Source of the DNA: Octopus bimaculoides
Lineage: Eukaryota
NCBI RefSeq assembly: GCF_001194135.2
Contig: NC_068989.1
Location: forward strand, 19,951,279-19,999,519
Length of the DNA: 48,241 bases
Reading direction: 5' to 3'
The position numbers were made by a program, and so were the translations under genes. How positions within the stretch are numbered: position 1 is the first letter of the stretch; each line of letters begins with the position of its first letter. This document shows, piece by piece, positions 12,237 to 25,334 of the stretch. Below the pieces are notes generated by a model, which worked only from the letters and a program-made list of their open reading frames with translations, was not told the DNA's origin and made no database searches.

Positions 12237-12864
12237 TCCTACGTAACTCAATATCTCTTTCAGAATTAGAAACTCCCCAATCTAAATTGAAAATTGAATT
12301 GGACACAATCTCTATGATTCCATATAGTAACCACCTCCTGCTGATAAACACAGGAGCAGATGGCTATCAAAGGTTCATTGCAAACTGTTTTATATGAGAA
12401 TCTTTTAGCCACTCAATAATTATATTAATAATAATAATAATATTAATAATAATGTTTTGATTGTAACAAGAACAAAGCCGGATTTACATTTAGCTTCATG
12501 GAAAGTAGAAAATGCTTGAGAAGCAGTCATTGTCTTTAAGAAGTAAAGAGTTAGAGTTGCTGTGTACAAGAGACAGAGAAAGAGAGAAAGAGGTTTGGCC
12601 AAGTTCTGGTTACAGCGGAAAGCCCAATATTTTCAGGTTGTGGTAATGTGTAGTAGTAGCAGCAGACCCCTTCCAGATGCTAGCTCACTTTAGCCCCTTT
12701 GATGACATTGAAGACAAAAAAGGATATCAAACTGCTGCGACTGAAAGGGGCCCCACTCACAATGAAATATCACATAGGGATTGTGAATTGATATCTTCCA
12801 ATGAGAATAAGTAAAGAATGAGTTCAAATTTTGTTTTTGCTCTCCAAAGTATAGATGTGAGCAT

Positions 12865-12933
12865 TTAGTATTCTTCCACATTGCCATCTGCACTGTCTGC
12901 AAATCCATCATCATCTGGTGCAGCAAAGCCATC
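12865..12933 (-). CDS. MAPRE1: EB1/MAPRE family protein, last coding exon
   Basis: tttttAG acceptor, phase 0; DGFAAPDDDGFADSADGNVEEY*, an acidic tail ending in the EB-family EEY motif. The invertebrate gene is a pro-ortholog of vertebrate MAPRE1/2/3. Confidence 0.92.
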   Translation of the reverse strand, partial: DGFAAPDDDGFADSADGNVEEY

Positions 12934-15900
12934 CTAAAAATAAAATATATAATATACTTATAAACACATTTACACAATTAGCCAATGTGATGAGAGAAAG
13001 AGGGAGGGAGAAAGAAAAAGAGGAAGCAGTAGACTGAAAATATTTAACAAAACCTGGTAAGTATATGAAGTAGATATTTCAATAAATTCTTTTGAAAAGC
13101 AATAGGCCCAACTTTCAAAGGTTTAAACAGGAGGAAGTTTACTCCCAAAACAAAAACCTGGTTCAAATGCTTACAATTGGGCTGACCCCACAAAAAGTAA
13201 CAAAGGGGCCAGCTAAGTGATGTTTAATCAGGAAACAAATTGAATCTACAACATATGTAAAGAGAAATTTTCTTTGCTATTTGTCAACTTAAGTCTTGTT
13301 TGGTAGTTTTCTAACACTAGATCAGTTCTTCAGTTAAAAACACCACAGCTGTGATCACTACACCTTATTTCATCTACAGTTTATCAAGGACTACGTTTTT
13401 GTCTGTCACTTTTAAGATAGAAGAGCAAGATTTGAGAGAAACCTGCTTTGCTATCTCAAGCAGGTTGAGACAATAACCATGTAGAAGCTCACTTGAATTT
13501 TAGTTGGTGGTACACATTGCTTCTCTGTGGATTTGTCCAAGCTGTGTCTTGTAACATCTAGCAGGGTAAAACCCAGGGGAGATATCTCTCTAATTTTAAA
13601 CCATAACAACTATTATTTCACGGTTAACTGCATATTCAAAGTCAAGTTTAACGAAACACTATGAAAATGATATCCCATCTCTGAAATGCTAGAGCTGAGA
13701 AATACCCTTCACTGTAGATTATTACATACAGTAAGATGTTAAATTGTAAAGACTCAAAATTCATTTGTATTTTTAAAAAATTAGGAAACAAAAAAAAAAA
13801 GCTTTCCTGTTTCTAAAATATGCATATTTTATTTCAATTAAAGACTTGGAGAGAAAAACAGATACTACTGCCAAGAATATGGCATCAGCAAATTCAAAAT
13901 TCAACAATTTGTCACGTATACTTTAAAGGAGATGGAGTAATATCTTTGGTTGCTTCGTTATCTAATGTTCACAAAAATATGAGAGAGAAAGAGGGAGACA
14001 GATAGATACAACACTGTCAAATACATGTACATATAATGCACTCCAAGGAATTGAAATACTGTATGTAATCCATAATCCATGCATGGGATAAAACAAACAT
14101 GCTCCCTGAAACATTAGGATATTAGGACAATATTAGACATTGCCAACCTCTAGTGGCTCCATACATGCAGCATCGACAATACAATTTCTCAGAACAAAAG
14201 CAATCATATGAGTAACATGGATATATATGACAACATTAAAAGCATACATTATATTATAAAGAGAGAAAAGCATGTTGCCAAGTTTCTGATGAAAACAGCT
14301 ATCCCTTGCTTTAAAGCAACAAATTCATTTCCTGATGTTCCTGCATATATCAAAACCATGTTAATCAAATTTAATAGTCAATGAGAATAATTATAAATAA
14401 ATATTGGAAACTAAAAGCTATTTACTAGAAATAATTTTTTTTACAAAAAAAAAAGAAAGATAAAAAAAAAAGTCAAGAGCCAATTGAACAAGTTTGGCCT
14501 TCTTCTATGAACACATTTGTCCCTCTTCTTCTTCAACCTCTTATTAACATTTTCAACAGTGGTATAATTTATTTTCTTGTAGGCATCAGGCTAATATTTC
14601 AAAAGCACTGAGCAGTTTGCATGTCATTTTCGAAGTGTGGCAATGAAATTTTATTACTGCATAAAACAAAAGAAGGTTACAATAAATTTAATTGCAATAA
14701 TATAGTGTTTATCAAAACCATGGCTAAGTAAGAGCTAGCTGTAATTAACAGCATGGATTTATCATGTTTCATCAAATTGTAGTTACAAAATAACAATCTG
14801 AATTGAGATCTTCTATAATTGGCTACAAGAGGAGCTGAAAACAAAAATACTAATTTTTTGAGAAAAACTAGTTATTGTAAATTTAGAGAGAAAGAAAGGA
14901 AAAAAAATCACTGCAAAAAATGTATTCCCAAAAACTAGTTACAGTAATAATGTATTAATTTAAACAAGTAAAAATAATTTTGCTACTAGAGTTGCATTTG
15001 AATAAAATGCAGGTGTAATATAAATAGATATATTTAGAAAACTTACAATTACAACCTGAATAGTTTCTCTTATTTCTTTTTACTATGTTATACTTCAACT
15101 ATCTTCATGTAATCTATGGAATAGTAAAACTGTAAATGGTTAAGCCTAATTCTCTACATACATAAGATTTATCCATGTAGTGTCCATCATGTGAACTATT
15201 TCCCTCAGCATGTCATCTGCACTGATTGCACATTAAGCCCATGAATACTTTCCTCTAGGCAAGGTGGTGGAGGAGAGGAAGGAGGAAAGAAGGAATTAAG
15301 ATTTACTCATTTAATAACCAGCTTTATCTATATTGAGAGTCAACCTTAGTGACTTGGTCTATATTGTAGTTAAACCATGCTAGACTGCTACAAGAAGTGA
15401 AAGCAGAAACACAAATAATAAGAAATGAAGTGCAAAATGAAAAAATAAATTGATATGATATTCACCTACCCCCATGGTTTCACTAAAATGATAACATTCT
15501 GAAATATTATTGTTTAAAAGATCCTGGCAATGGATTGGAAATAAATACTGCACTCATTATTGTGAGATTGTGGTTTCAATTCCTGGATCAAGTGCTATGT
15601 TGTGTTCTTGAGCAAAACACTTCATTTCACATAGTTGCAGGCAAATTAGCTGTAAATGCATAACTCAGCAATGGGCTGGTGTCTGGTCCAGAAGGGATAT
15701 TCTGATCTTGGTAACCAGCCCCATGAGTCCCAGGACTCAATACAGTACTCACTTATTGTCAAAATGTGTTAAAATGGAAGATAATCATTAAAGTTTTAGT
15801 AATTAATCAGTATTTAATTTAGAAACCTGAAATTTAAAAGACTTTTAATATCTGAAAGACAAATAAGTGTATAAACTAAAACACAGGGAAGGGAAAATGA

Positions 15901-18900
15901 GTCCAGTTTTGAAACAGTTGAGAAGGGTTTCTTGTCAAAATTAACATTATAGAATATGATGTAATGGACAGAATTGAAAGCTAACACTGTAATAGGTTAA
16001 AAAAAAAAAAGAGTAATATGAAAAGGTGAAATGATAAAAATATGATGAAAAAGAATGGAGAGGCCTCAAACATGCATGTGTAAACTTAATATACACATGA
16101 ACGTAAGAAGGTATAATGTAGTTGATCGCTAGCATAAAAAAGAAAAAACAAAATCACACAGCAAGTGAAAAGCAAACAAGCAACAATTTTTTTTATTAAT
16201 ATATTTAGTTGAATTATTAGACCGTTAGTCTGCAGAAGTCAAAGATAGAAAGAAAAAAAAAACATCCTTGACAATAAAACACTTATTTAAGAACACTGAT
16301 GAATTTAATCATCCTATAAAAGAACTGGAGATAACACTAGCAGTGTTATGTCTAAGAACTGTAGCCATGATTGTAAACAGATGATCCCCCTTCCGTCTAT
16401 ATGTCATGACTTACTTTCTAAAAACAGCTGTATTGAAACACAACAATCAGTAAAGATTGAAACTGAAGCTGATTGGCGACAACATTTAATAAAGAATTGG
16501 AACTGGGGAGGGATTTAAACAGACAGACAAGCAAACAAGTTAAACAAAAACATTCTCATGGACTGATAAGTAAAAAGAAAACAAAAACAAACAAACAAAA
16601 CAAAGCACACAACAAGGAAAGGGAAGCAATAACAACAAACGGCAAAGTTGAGGAAGAATGAGCCAAAATGTAATTAATATCAAATATTTCAATTAAAATA
16701 GTTCTTTTACTAGTTTCCTAGACTATATTATGGGCCAATGTGCACATACACACACAATAAGATCCTTGTATTCAAATCTAGAAATATGAAATATATACAC
16801 CATGAAAAACATTTATATTTGTGTTTCAAGGACTACTTTTTATCTTGTGGTTTTAAGAATTAAATAGAATTATGGGGTGTATTAAGGTATTTTGGAACAG
16901 GGTAGGAATTACTGAGTTACTACTTATTGGCTGAAACCTATCCAACAGACATGTGGATAAGAGACACCAATATTTGAGTACAAATAATTTAATAGTAATC
17001 TTTACTATCTCAAAATTTCAGGCCTTGAGCCTACAGTAGAGTTGATTACATCAACTCTAGTGCTAAACTGGTACTTATTCGACCTTGAAAGGGTGAAAGG
17101 GAAAGTCGACCTCGATGGAATTTAAAATTAAAATGTAAAAATGGACATGAGATGAAATAACACAAACAATTGGGAAAGATGATTGAAAACATTCCCACCC
17201 CTAATTTCACAGCTGTTAAACAGCTCTTTCTACTGGCAATGAGTTGGGCATTTTGCAGTTGGAAGGATAAGATGGATGTATGTAAGAAAATCTAGGAGAA
17301 CTTTAATGTTTTAAATGAAACTAAGAAAAGATAGAGGGGCCAAATGAAGTTAGCCACACAACCCACCTAAAAAGACTGCACTTTCATATAAGTAAACTCT
17401 TTCTTTTCATGTGGCATTCTTACAGGTAGAAGTGAATGTAGACCTCCATAAAGTTGAAGATAAATGGGGGTTTTTTTTTTATACGGGAGAGGAAAAAGAG
17501 AATAGCAGTTTTCTGCTGGTTTACTAATCTTTCACTTCCCAAAGCTTACATTGAGATAGAGTGTATTTAACCCTCAGATAGGGGGACTAGTTCACTTACA
17601 TCAGGACATGTCCACACACCAGACCAGTGGGCCTGTGTGAAGTGGGCAGGAGCAAGTCCTCTTCTATGTCCTGCATGATCTGGCCATGAGATTATCTTCT
17701 GTTATTTAAACTAGACCAGGGAACCATGACAGATTCTACTACTCTAGGTGAGAGCAGATCTGGGACTAGTGCTGACTAAAGGGAGAACTCCACATTCCTC
17801 AAAACTCTAGAATTCCTGAGCAAGAGCCTTGCCACTGGATGCAGTTTAATGTCTTGGCAAGGACCAAAATAAGCACATATAATTTGAAGAGCTACCTATC
17901 AAAATAAAAAATTTGACTTAGGGAGTTGGTTGAAATACAAAATATAATTATTAAGACTAAAGCAGATATTAACTTCTGTCACTTTAAAAATGAGTAGCTA
18001 AAATAAATAACTGTTTTTTATATAAAAGATAAATAGATTTTTATCAACACAGCAATGATATAAAAATTATCAAAATTCTTCTAAAAGACTAATACTATTA
18101 AAAAATCATCAATTGATCAGCATGACAGAAACTAATTTGAATGCATACAAAAGGTGTTCTGGAGCATCATGGCTATGTTTTAAATGAGAATTAGACATTT
18201 CCCAATAAGTACATCTCTATTGACTATGTTAGAGCATTGTTGGCAAACACACAAGACCACAAATGCAAAGGATCTACACTTGATCCATCATAACTATTTG
18301 TATTAAATGTAGAGAAAAATTAATCTAATGCCATCTTTATAAAACAACACTGCTAGTTTTAGAAACACCTAAATGTAAAATATTTCATACTTAAAAGCTC
18401 ATTTGGAACTTGTCAAAGGAAACTTTAATGAATTTATTTCTTGAATGTTGTTGTACTTTATTTTGTGTTATGTTATTTAGGTTTTCTTTCTGCTGACTAG
18501 TCAAGACTTACTGAAAAGAATTTTATTTCCCATCATCAATTGCAAGCTTGTACCAACCTACCTTTGAATACTGATAATGGTTATTTTTAATGTTTGTTTC
18601 TCTTTCTTTTAATGTTTTTCAATTTAAAATACTGGATAAAGCACTAAAAGTGTTATGGCACACCGTCAGCATTTTAAAAGCTTTATGTGAAAAAGAAACA
18701 AACTTGTTTTCAGAGATAGGCAAATGCATGCATTGTTCCTTGCCACAAAAGAATACATATGCACTGATTAATCAAAATGAAAAACAAGTTTTTTTTTATA
18801 TATATATATAATCTGGCATTTTCGAACTGACCTCAAAAGCTAGTGGCAAAGTTGTTAAAAATGTGTTTTAAATAGAAATGGAAAGCCTTAGTTTCACAAT

Positions 18901-20531
18901 CCTGCCATTTAGATTTCTTTTATTATGGTCATACTAAGCAGATGAATAATGGAAATAGAAACCAGTGGGAATGATGTGGCTGTGCAATAAAATTTCCACC
19001 ATCAAAAGTGATCAAATTACCAACCAAAGCCTAGTCAAGATGGTTGTCTCCCACTTAGTATTTTAGAACAGAAATAATCTGAGAAATGTGAAAACCAAAT
19101 TTTAGGTAATCTTTATTAACATTAACAAATTATTACTTTTTAGAATTATAGGGACAACTAAATAGATATTTTTCTTCTTCTGACGTGCTACTGAGACAAT
19201 ACTTTGGCATTATTTAATTCCTGATAATATAAACTGCAGTAATTCCATTTTCATTACTGTAGCCTAGAAATCACACCGAGAATGCACTCTTGAGAAAATA
19301 GAACATACTTATCAATTTCATTTTTGTCCTCATAACATCGGGCACCATCTACTCTGACATCTGCCAGGGATAAAAACGAAGAAAAGAAAAGAAAAAAGAA
19401 AAACAAAAAAGTAAGAACAAGTAATGAAAAAAAAAACAAAAAAAAAACACAAACAAATCTTGATACATCAGATGCTTCAGCCATTGTTAGAGAACTTGGT
19501 TGACAGGTAACTCAATGAAACACCGTTAGAAGTAGGGAGGGAAAAATCAATTCAACGACTCTGAAGACAAAGTAAAGAAAATAAAAATATAAACTAAAGT
19601 TAAGAGAGAAGCTTTTAGTCCATGCAAACATAAAATTTAAACAAAAAAAAAAAAAAAATTAAAAAATTAGACATCACTGGAAAAAATATTGGATGTAGAA
19701 GTTCACAAATACAAATGCCCAAGATTTAGAAAATAAATCTAATATGAGTTATGACATATACCAAATATATCTCATCTGTTTTCCACGCAGACATGGGTTA
19801 GATGGTTTTACAGTAGCTGACCAGCTGGAGAGCTGCCTGGGGTCCACGTCTCTTTTGACAGAGTTTCTATGGCTGGTTGCCCTTCCTAACACCAATGCCT
19901 AATTGCATATAAGAATATGCAGAATGTACGCAGGTAGAATGTGCCATCATCAGTAGTAACAGACTTGCCAAGTGGGGATTTCTATTGGTAGAAAATACAG
20001 TAAAATGCATTGAATTCCAAAGAAATTACTTTTACAGTGGAGTCTGGCTTGTTTGGGTCTGTTATTCTTTGATTACACAGATCAAAGTCTTTTCAATTTT
20101 TGTGAAAACCCTCAAGCAACACACTAAATGAAAATCATAGAATTTTAAATGGTCCAGTCCCATAAATAGCAATAATTACTCCCGTTTTTGATACTATTAT
20201 AATATAAGCTTAATTAGCAATGAAGTAAAAAAGAAAAAAAAAAAGAACAAATGCAATAATAAAACTATGCAGAGATATAGCTGGTATGCAGGAGTATGGA
20301 GAATACTAAAAGTTAAGCCTTAAGTGCAAGTTAAAGCATTTATTGTAAGGCAAAATAAATAAAATATAAAAGCGAAACTAAATTTGAGCTGAACTGTGAA
20401 TGAAGTATGATTTCAAACAATAAAACTAACTACAGTAAATAATAAGAAGCAGGGATTGAAAGGCCCGAGATATAACAAGGCTATTGTTAGTGTGATAATG
20501 ATAGTGATAATGACAAATGAGAAACAGGAAG

Positions 20532-20615
20532 TGTGATACTGATGGATAACGAATGTCCATGTGATACTGATGAATAACCAATGTCCATGTGATAGTAATT
20601 TATAACCAATGTCCA
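20532..20615. repeat. 28-bp tandem repeat, 3 copies
   Basis: tgtgatactgatggataacgaatgtcca / tgtgatactgatgaataaccaatgtcca / tgtgatagtaatttataaccaatgtcca, head to tail with no spacers. Confidence 0.9.
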
Positions 20616-21463
20616 TGATGAAACAGAAAAAAAATCAGTAGTAAACTTCCAAGACATTTAGTATCAAAGAGGCATACACCGAAGAACTTATAATCTTCGA
20701 CAAAGAAGGAAGTGGTGCGTGTGAAAAAAAGTCAACAGTGACAAAGCTGGACAAAAAGTTTTAATAGGGGGTGAAAAGAAAAAAAAAGAAGTTTTGCAAC
20801 TGATTTATATTGAGTCTAAAACCATTAAGACCAAAAAACGAATATCAACTGAGACAGCAACACTGATTAATGCATTTTATCAAATTGGCATGTTCAAGCT
20901 TTTTTTTTTTTTTTAGTTTTGGTTTAAAAAAAAGATTGAAGTTGTTTGCTGTTTAAAGATCCTGAAACAAAAATATTTATAATTATAATTGAACAAAAAA
21001 AAAATGGTGTAATAGAAAAAAAAAAAAAAAGAACTGAAATGATTAAGAAAAAATGGGAATAGTCTATTTGCTTACAATACTGAAAAAATATCCTTAGAAA
21101 AAAAAATGCTGAAAGTGAAACTGAAATTAAAACTTTAATAATGGAAATACCAGTAAAAAAAAAAGAAAAGAAAAGAAATTAACATTTGTTTTAATTAAAA
21201 ACTGTAACAAGATTTATCTGTAACATTTCAAATTTCATAATGTAAACTATTAGAAATTAAGATTTACATCAAACTACAAACTATAAAACTTGAACAAATC
21301 ATTATTTCAACATTTCAGGACTAGATCAACTACATGCATTGACATATCACTTTATTTCTTTTTAAAACGATGGTAATCAATCCATGGCTTGGAAATGCTA
21401 ATCAAAACTGAAAATTGTGAAAACATGAGTTTGCTTTTGTTGTAAAAGGAACATGTAGTTTAC

Positions 21464-21610
21464 CTCTGTAGCATACAATATATCCATGATTTCCTTGACA
21501 ACAGTATCGTCTTCATGGTCTTGACAAAGAATTTCAATAGCTCTTAATTTTCCAAAGTAAAAGTCCCTCTCTTTTTCTAAACCATCAGCAGCAATTTTCA
21601 TATCTGCAAT
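21464..21610 (-). CDS. MAPRE1: EB1/MAPRE coding exon 6 (coiled coil / EBH domain)
   Basis: aaatAG acceptor; 49 codons IADMKIAADGLEKERDFYFGKLRAIEILCQDHEDDTVVKEIMDILYATE; GTAAAC donor. LEKERDFYFGKLR and ILYATE are EBH hallmarks. Confidence 0.95.
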
Positions 21611-21861
21611 CTATTTAAAAAAGATTCAGAATATATCATCATCAGTATACACACATATGCAACAACAACGTATGTAAACAAACTTTTATCTTGATTTTAG
21701 AAGCATCAGATGCGTATTGTATCAGCAGCAACAGTCATTGCCAAGTGGGGATTCCTGTTGGTAGCAAATTATTTTATAGTGGAGTATTGTCTGTACAATA
21801 TGATACACATTCAACGCTTCTATATATATAAAACAAAGACGAAAGTGGAAGTTACAAACTA

Positions 21862-23074
21862 TCAAGTCCTCCCATAAGTTCTGTCCGACTTTGATTTTTA
21901 AAATGTCTAATGGAATTAAAAATTATTTTTATGCATTTGTGTACATTTAAACTAATTAAATATTATTTTACAGAATAAAAGAATTAAAATTTCCTTGATT
22001 AAAACCCTTTCTAACATGGAAGTATCCAAAGAGCATTTGAGGCACATAATGCTTTATGAGTACAAAAAAGGAAACTGCAGCTGAAGCGACTCGAAACATA
22101 TACTCAGTTTATGGGAAAGAATGCTTGAATGAAAGAACTTGCAGAAGATGTTTTGCAAAATTCAGAAGTGGAGATTTCAGCCTTGAAGATGAAGATTGAA
22201 CAGAGTTGAGTTTGATGATAAGCTCCTTGAAGAATTTGCAATATAGCTTAGTTCAAACCATACAACTGCTCATCGTCATCTTCAACAACTTGGAAAGGTT
22301 CCTAAAGTTGAAAAATGAGTGCCTCATGAATTGTCCGAAAGCGACCGCAAATCCAGAGTTGACATCTGCTCTTCTCTCCATTCTTGCAAACTCATTTCAC
22401 CCTTTTTGGATCGACTTGTGACTGGCGGCGAAAAATGGATCTTCTATTGAAATGTTAAGCATCGTAAACAGTGACTTGGTAAAAGGGAAAAAACTCAACC
22501 ACAACTGAGAAGGGAAACTTCATAGAAAATGGTTCTGCTCTCTATCTGGTGGGATTGCAAAGGAATAATTCACTTTGAATTGTTACCACCTAATGCAACA
22601 ACAATCAATGCTCAAGTCTACTGTCAGCAATTAGAGCTTTTGAAGCAAGCTTTGAAGAAAAAAAGACCCGCTTTAGTGAATCGAAAAGGAGTGATGTTTC
22701 ATCGGGACAATGTGTGACACCACATTGTAAAGATCACATCACAGAAGATCAAAGAGCTTGGTTGGGAAAAAATTCCTCATCCACCTTATTCTCCCGACCT
22801 TGCTCCTTCAGACTACCATTTGTTTCGTAGTTTACAGAATCATTTGGGGGACATAACTTTCGTAAGCCAAGAGGAGGTGGAAACTGACATTTCAGAGTTC
22901 TTCACTTTGAAAGCAAAAGAGTTTTACATTGATGGGATTAAAAAGGTTGTAAATAGATGGAAGGAAGTCATAGATAATCAGGATAAGTACATTGATGATT
23001 AAATTTCAATTAAATATATTTGATCACTTGTTTTCTTTATTCAAAATTCGGACAGAACTTATGGGATGACCTGA
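21862..23074 (+). mobile_element. mariner (Tc1/mariner, D,D34D-type) transposon with a disrupted transposase
   Basis: About 30-bp imperfect TIRs (TCAAGTCCTCCCATAAGTTCTGTCCGA / TCGGACAGAACTTATGGGATGACCTGA) with flanking TA. Transposase runs from ATG 22016 to TAA 23002 with VPHEL, TGGEKW (decayed TGDEKW), LLSIWWD, FHRDNV and YSPDLAPSDYHLF, broken by stops and frameshifts. Confidence 0.93.
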
Positions 23075-24179
23075 TACATTTAGCATTCAGTTAACTGAAG
23101 TTAGCAGAGTCATTGTCTTAACTCAGAAGAAATGCAATCATATAAAGAAGCGTACTCAATGACAAAAGAATCTCAAAATTCACCTGTCAGTCACCATCTT
23201 TATTCACTTGTTTTTGGCATGAGATTTGTTAAGGTAGAATTCTACGGTAGAATAACTTTCTTACTGCAAACCTTTGTCTCCAAGGAAGTAGTTATTTCCC
23301 TAGTCCTTTGAAACAATGAACTGCTCAACGGCCAGAAATGTTCTTATGGCAGACATAAACAATGACACCCTCGATAAGGTGACCTTGTTATACAAGGAAC
23401 ATATAAAAGATTCTGTTTATCAATTTCAATTGCAAGGAATTGATTAGCTTGAGACGATAGAAGACGACTGTAGTGCCATGCAATGAGAATGAACTCTAAA
23501 CTATGTTTGTGAAGCAACAGCAACCAGATAGCCATGTCTATATGTATCAATAAACAGAGAAAAAAATCTCTCCATACTTCTGCAAGCATGGCCCTCATAT
23601 TGTTATTGGGCTGCAATCATAATGAGATCTTATGTTCAAAGGTTTTAGTTGATTTGTCTAGCTCAATTTATTAGCCTAATAAAGAGAGAGAGGCAAGGTT
23701 AACTTGGGCATAAAGAAACATAACTGAAAGGAAACCGAATGCAAGACGTTTTTGTTGGAAAGTATTTTACAATTTGCAGTAATTCCAAATAAAAACCGAA
23801 CCAGACTGTGACAAACTTATTCAACCCATACCAACATGGAAAGCTAACGTAAAACCATGATGGTGATAAGGTGGCAAACTGGTGGAACTGTTAGAGTATC
23901 ATAAAGACTGCCTTGTGGTATTGATTTTGGTTTGTTACACACTGCAGTACTGGACTGATCCTACTAGTAATTTAAAAGGTCTAGTCTGGTCATATAGGGT
24001 TGAGCTGGTTGACCCTACAGATTATGTTAAGAGTACAAGTGTAGAGAATAATATTCAGTCACATTTTAATTTTACATAGAGGAATTCAGTTGACTGAACG
24101 AAAGAATGCACCACACACATTATTGGCTTTCATATAATTACATTTTGTCAAAATTCGATTCACAAGCTATGGTATAACT

Positions 24180-24396
24180 GTAACCCTTTAGTATTCAGAT
24201 TACTGTTCCAAATATAATGCTTATGTATTCACATTATTTAAAATTAATCATGTATTATTTTATAGCTTTGAGATTTTGATAAGGAGATTATTTTCAGAAT
24301 GACATTGTAGGGTAGATGCAAAAGGCCAGTATGAAGATAAAACAAGTAGAATATTTTGGCTGGATATGATGGTTGGTTTAAATGCAAAGGGGTTAA
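24180..24396 (+). mobile_element. TTAA-flanked MITE, copy B, directly next to the MAPRE exon 5 donor
   Basis: (G)TAACCCTTTAGTATTCAGATTAC ... GGATATGATGGTTGGTTTAAATGCAAAGGGG-TTAA; the interior is similar to copies A, C and D. Confidence 0.8.
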
Positions 24397-24402
24397 ACAA
24401 AC

Positions 24403-24497
24403 CTGCTTCCTTAGATCTTCACTTTTGTTATCTAGTTGATTAGCACCTGCAGGACGAGCTGTTTGACGAGTAGGAGCTTTGGCTGAAACAGGAGCAG
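24403..24497 (-). CDS. MAPRE1: EB1/MAPRE coding exon 5 (linker to coiled coil)
   Basis: cttccAG acceptor; phase 1 in (G|CT = A), phase 0 out; (A)APVSAKAPTRQTARPAGANQLDNKSEDLRKQ; GTTTGT donor. It keeps the frame between exons 4 and 6. Confidence 0.88.
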
Positions 24498-25334
24498 CTG
24501 GAAGAAAAAGGGGGAAAAAAAAGTAGTAGCAGTATCCCAGCATGGCCACAAAGTACCTTAATTTAAATTATTTAACCACTTCACAACCAGTCAATCTCAT
24601 TAAATATTCCTGAAGTTAACATCACATTGTGCATGCAATGCAAAATGGATTCAGTTCCACACTCATGTTCTACTACCTACCCAAAGCCCACTTCTTACAT
24701 CAAATTTTACACCAGACAACACAGCAGCCTGTGCTGATGGAGTTCTCTTTCCATCTCTTATTTTTTAAACTTGTATACTCATGTTTCCCAGTTTTCAATT
24801 TGTACTTGCTGGTACTTATAATAATTTACCAAACATTCCATCACTTCCATAAACCGCAACCTTGAAAACAGCCTTCAAAGACAATCCGGTCTTTCTTACA
24901 ACACCAAGTCACTATCATTAATTTAGACATACAGATAAGACTATATCTTCATTACCTATGAACAACACAACTGAAGCCATTAGTAAACTTCATATCTGTT
25001 ATGGTTACTGCACATAAAAAATAAGTCAAAACTACATCTAAGATTCCCCTTTGAGCTTCAAAAATCAGTTCAAATCCAATACAAAGAAGCGTAGGGATCA
25101 ATCAACTTTGACACGTACACAAATTCTAGATAATAATTGAAATAAGGCTTGCAAAGGCTATTGACACTGACTTTCCTCAAACTAAGCAATTATAAAACAC
25201 GAAAAAGATTTTTTATGCATTACAACCACAATATATTTTCCAAGAACCTTTATAAGAGAGGGAAATAGCAGTCAAATGGCAACTTAGGGTGAACCATATT
25301 TTAACATACACCAGACACCATTTAGATATGTGCT

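Noticed and set aside
19254-19484. 76-aa ORF with a hydrophobic F/L-rich stretch
   Set aside because: The hydrophobic segment is simply a translated poly-pyrimidine tract. There is no homology signal, and its frame does not match the phase 0 EB1 donor.
20532-20615. CRISPR-like array (28-bp repeats)
   Set aside because: The units are contiguous with no unique spacers, there are no cas genes, and the context is a eukaryotic intron.
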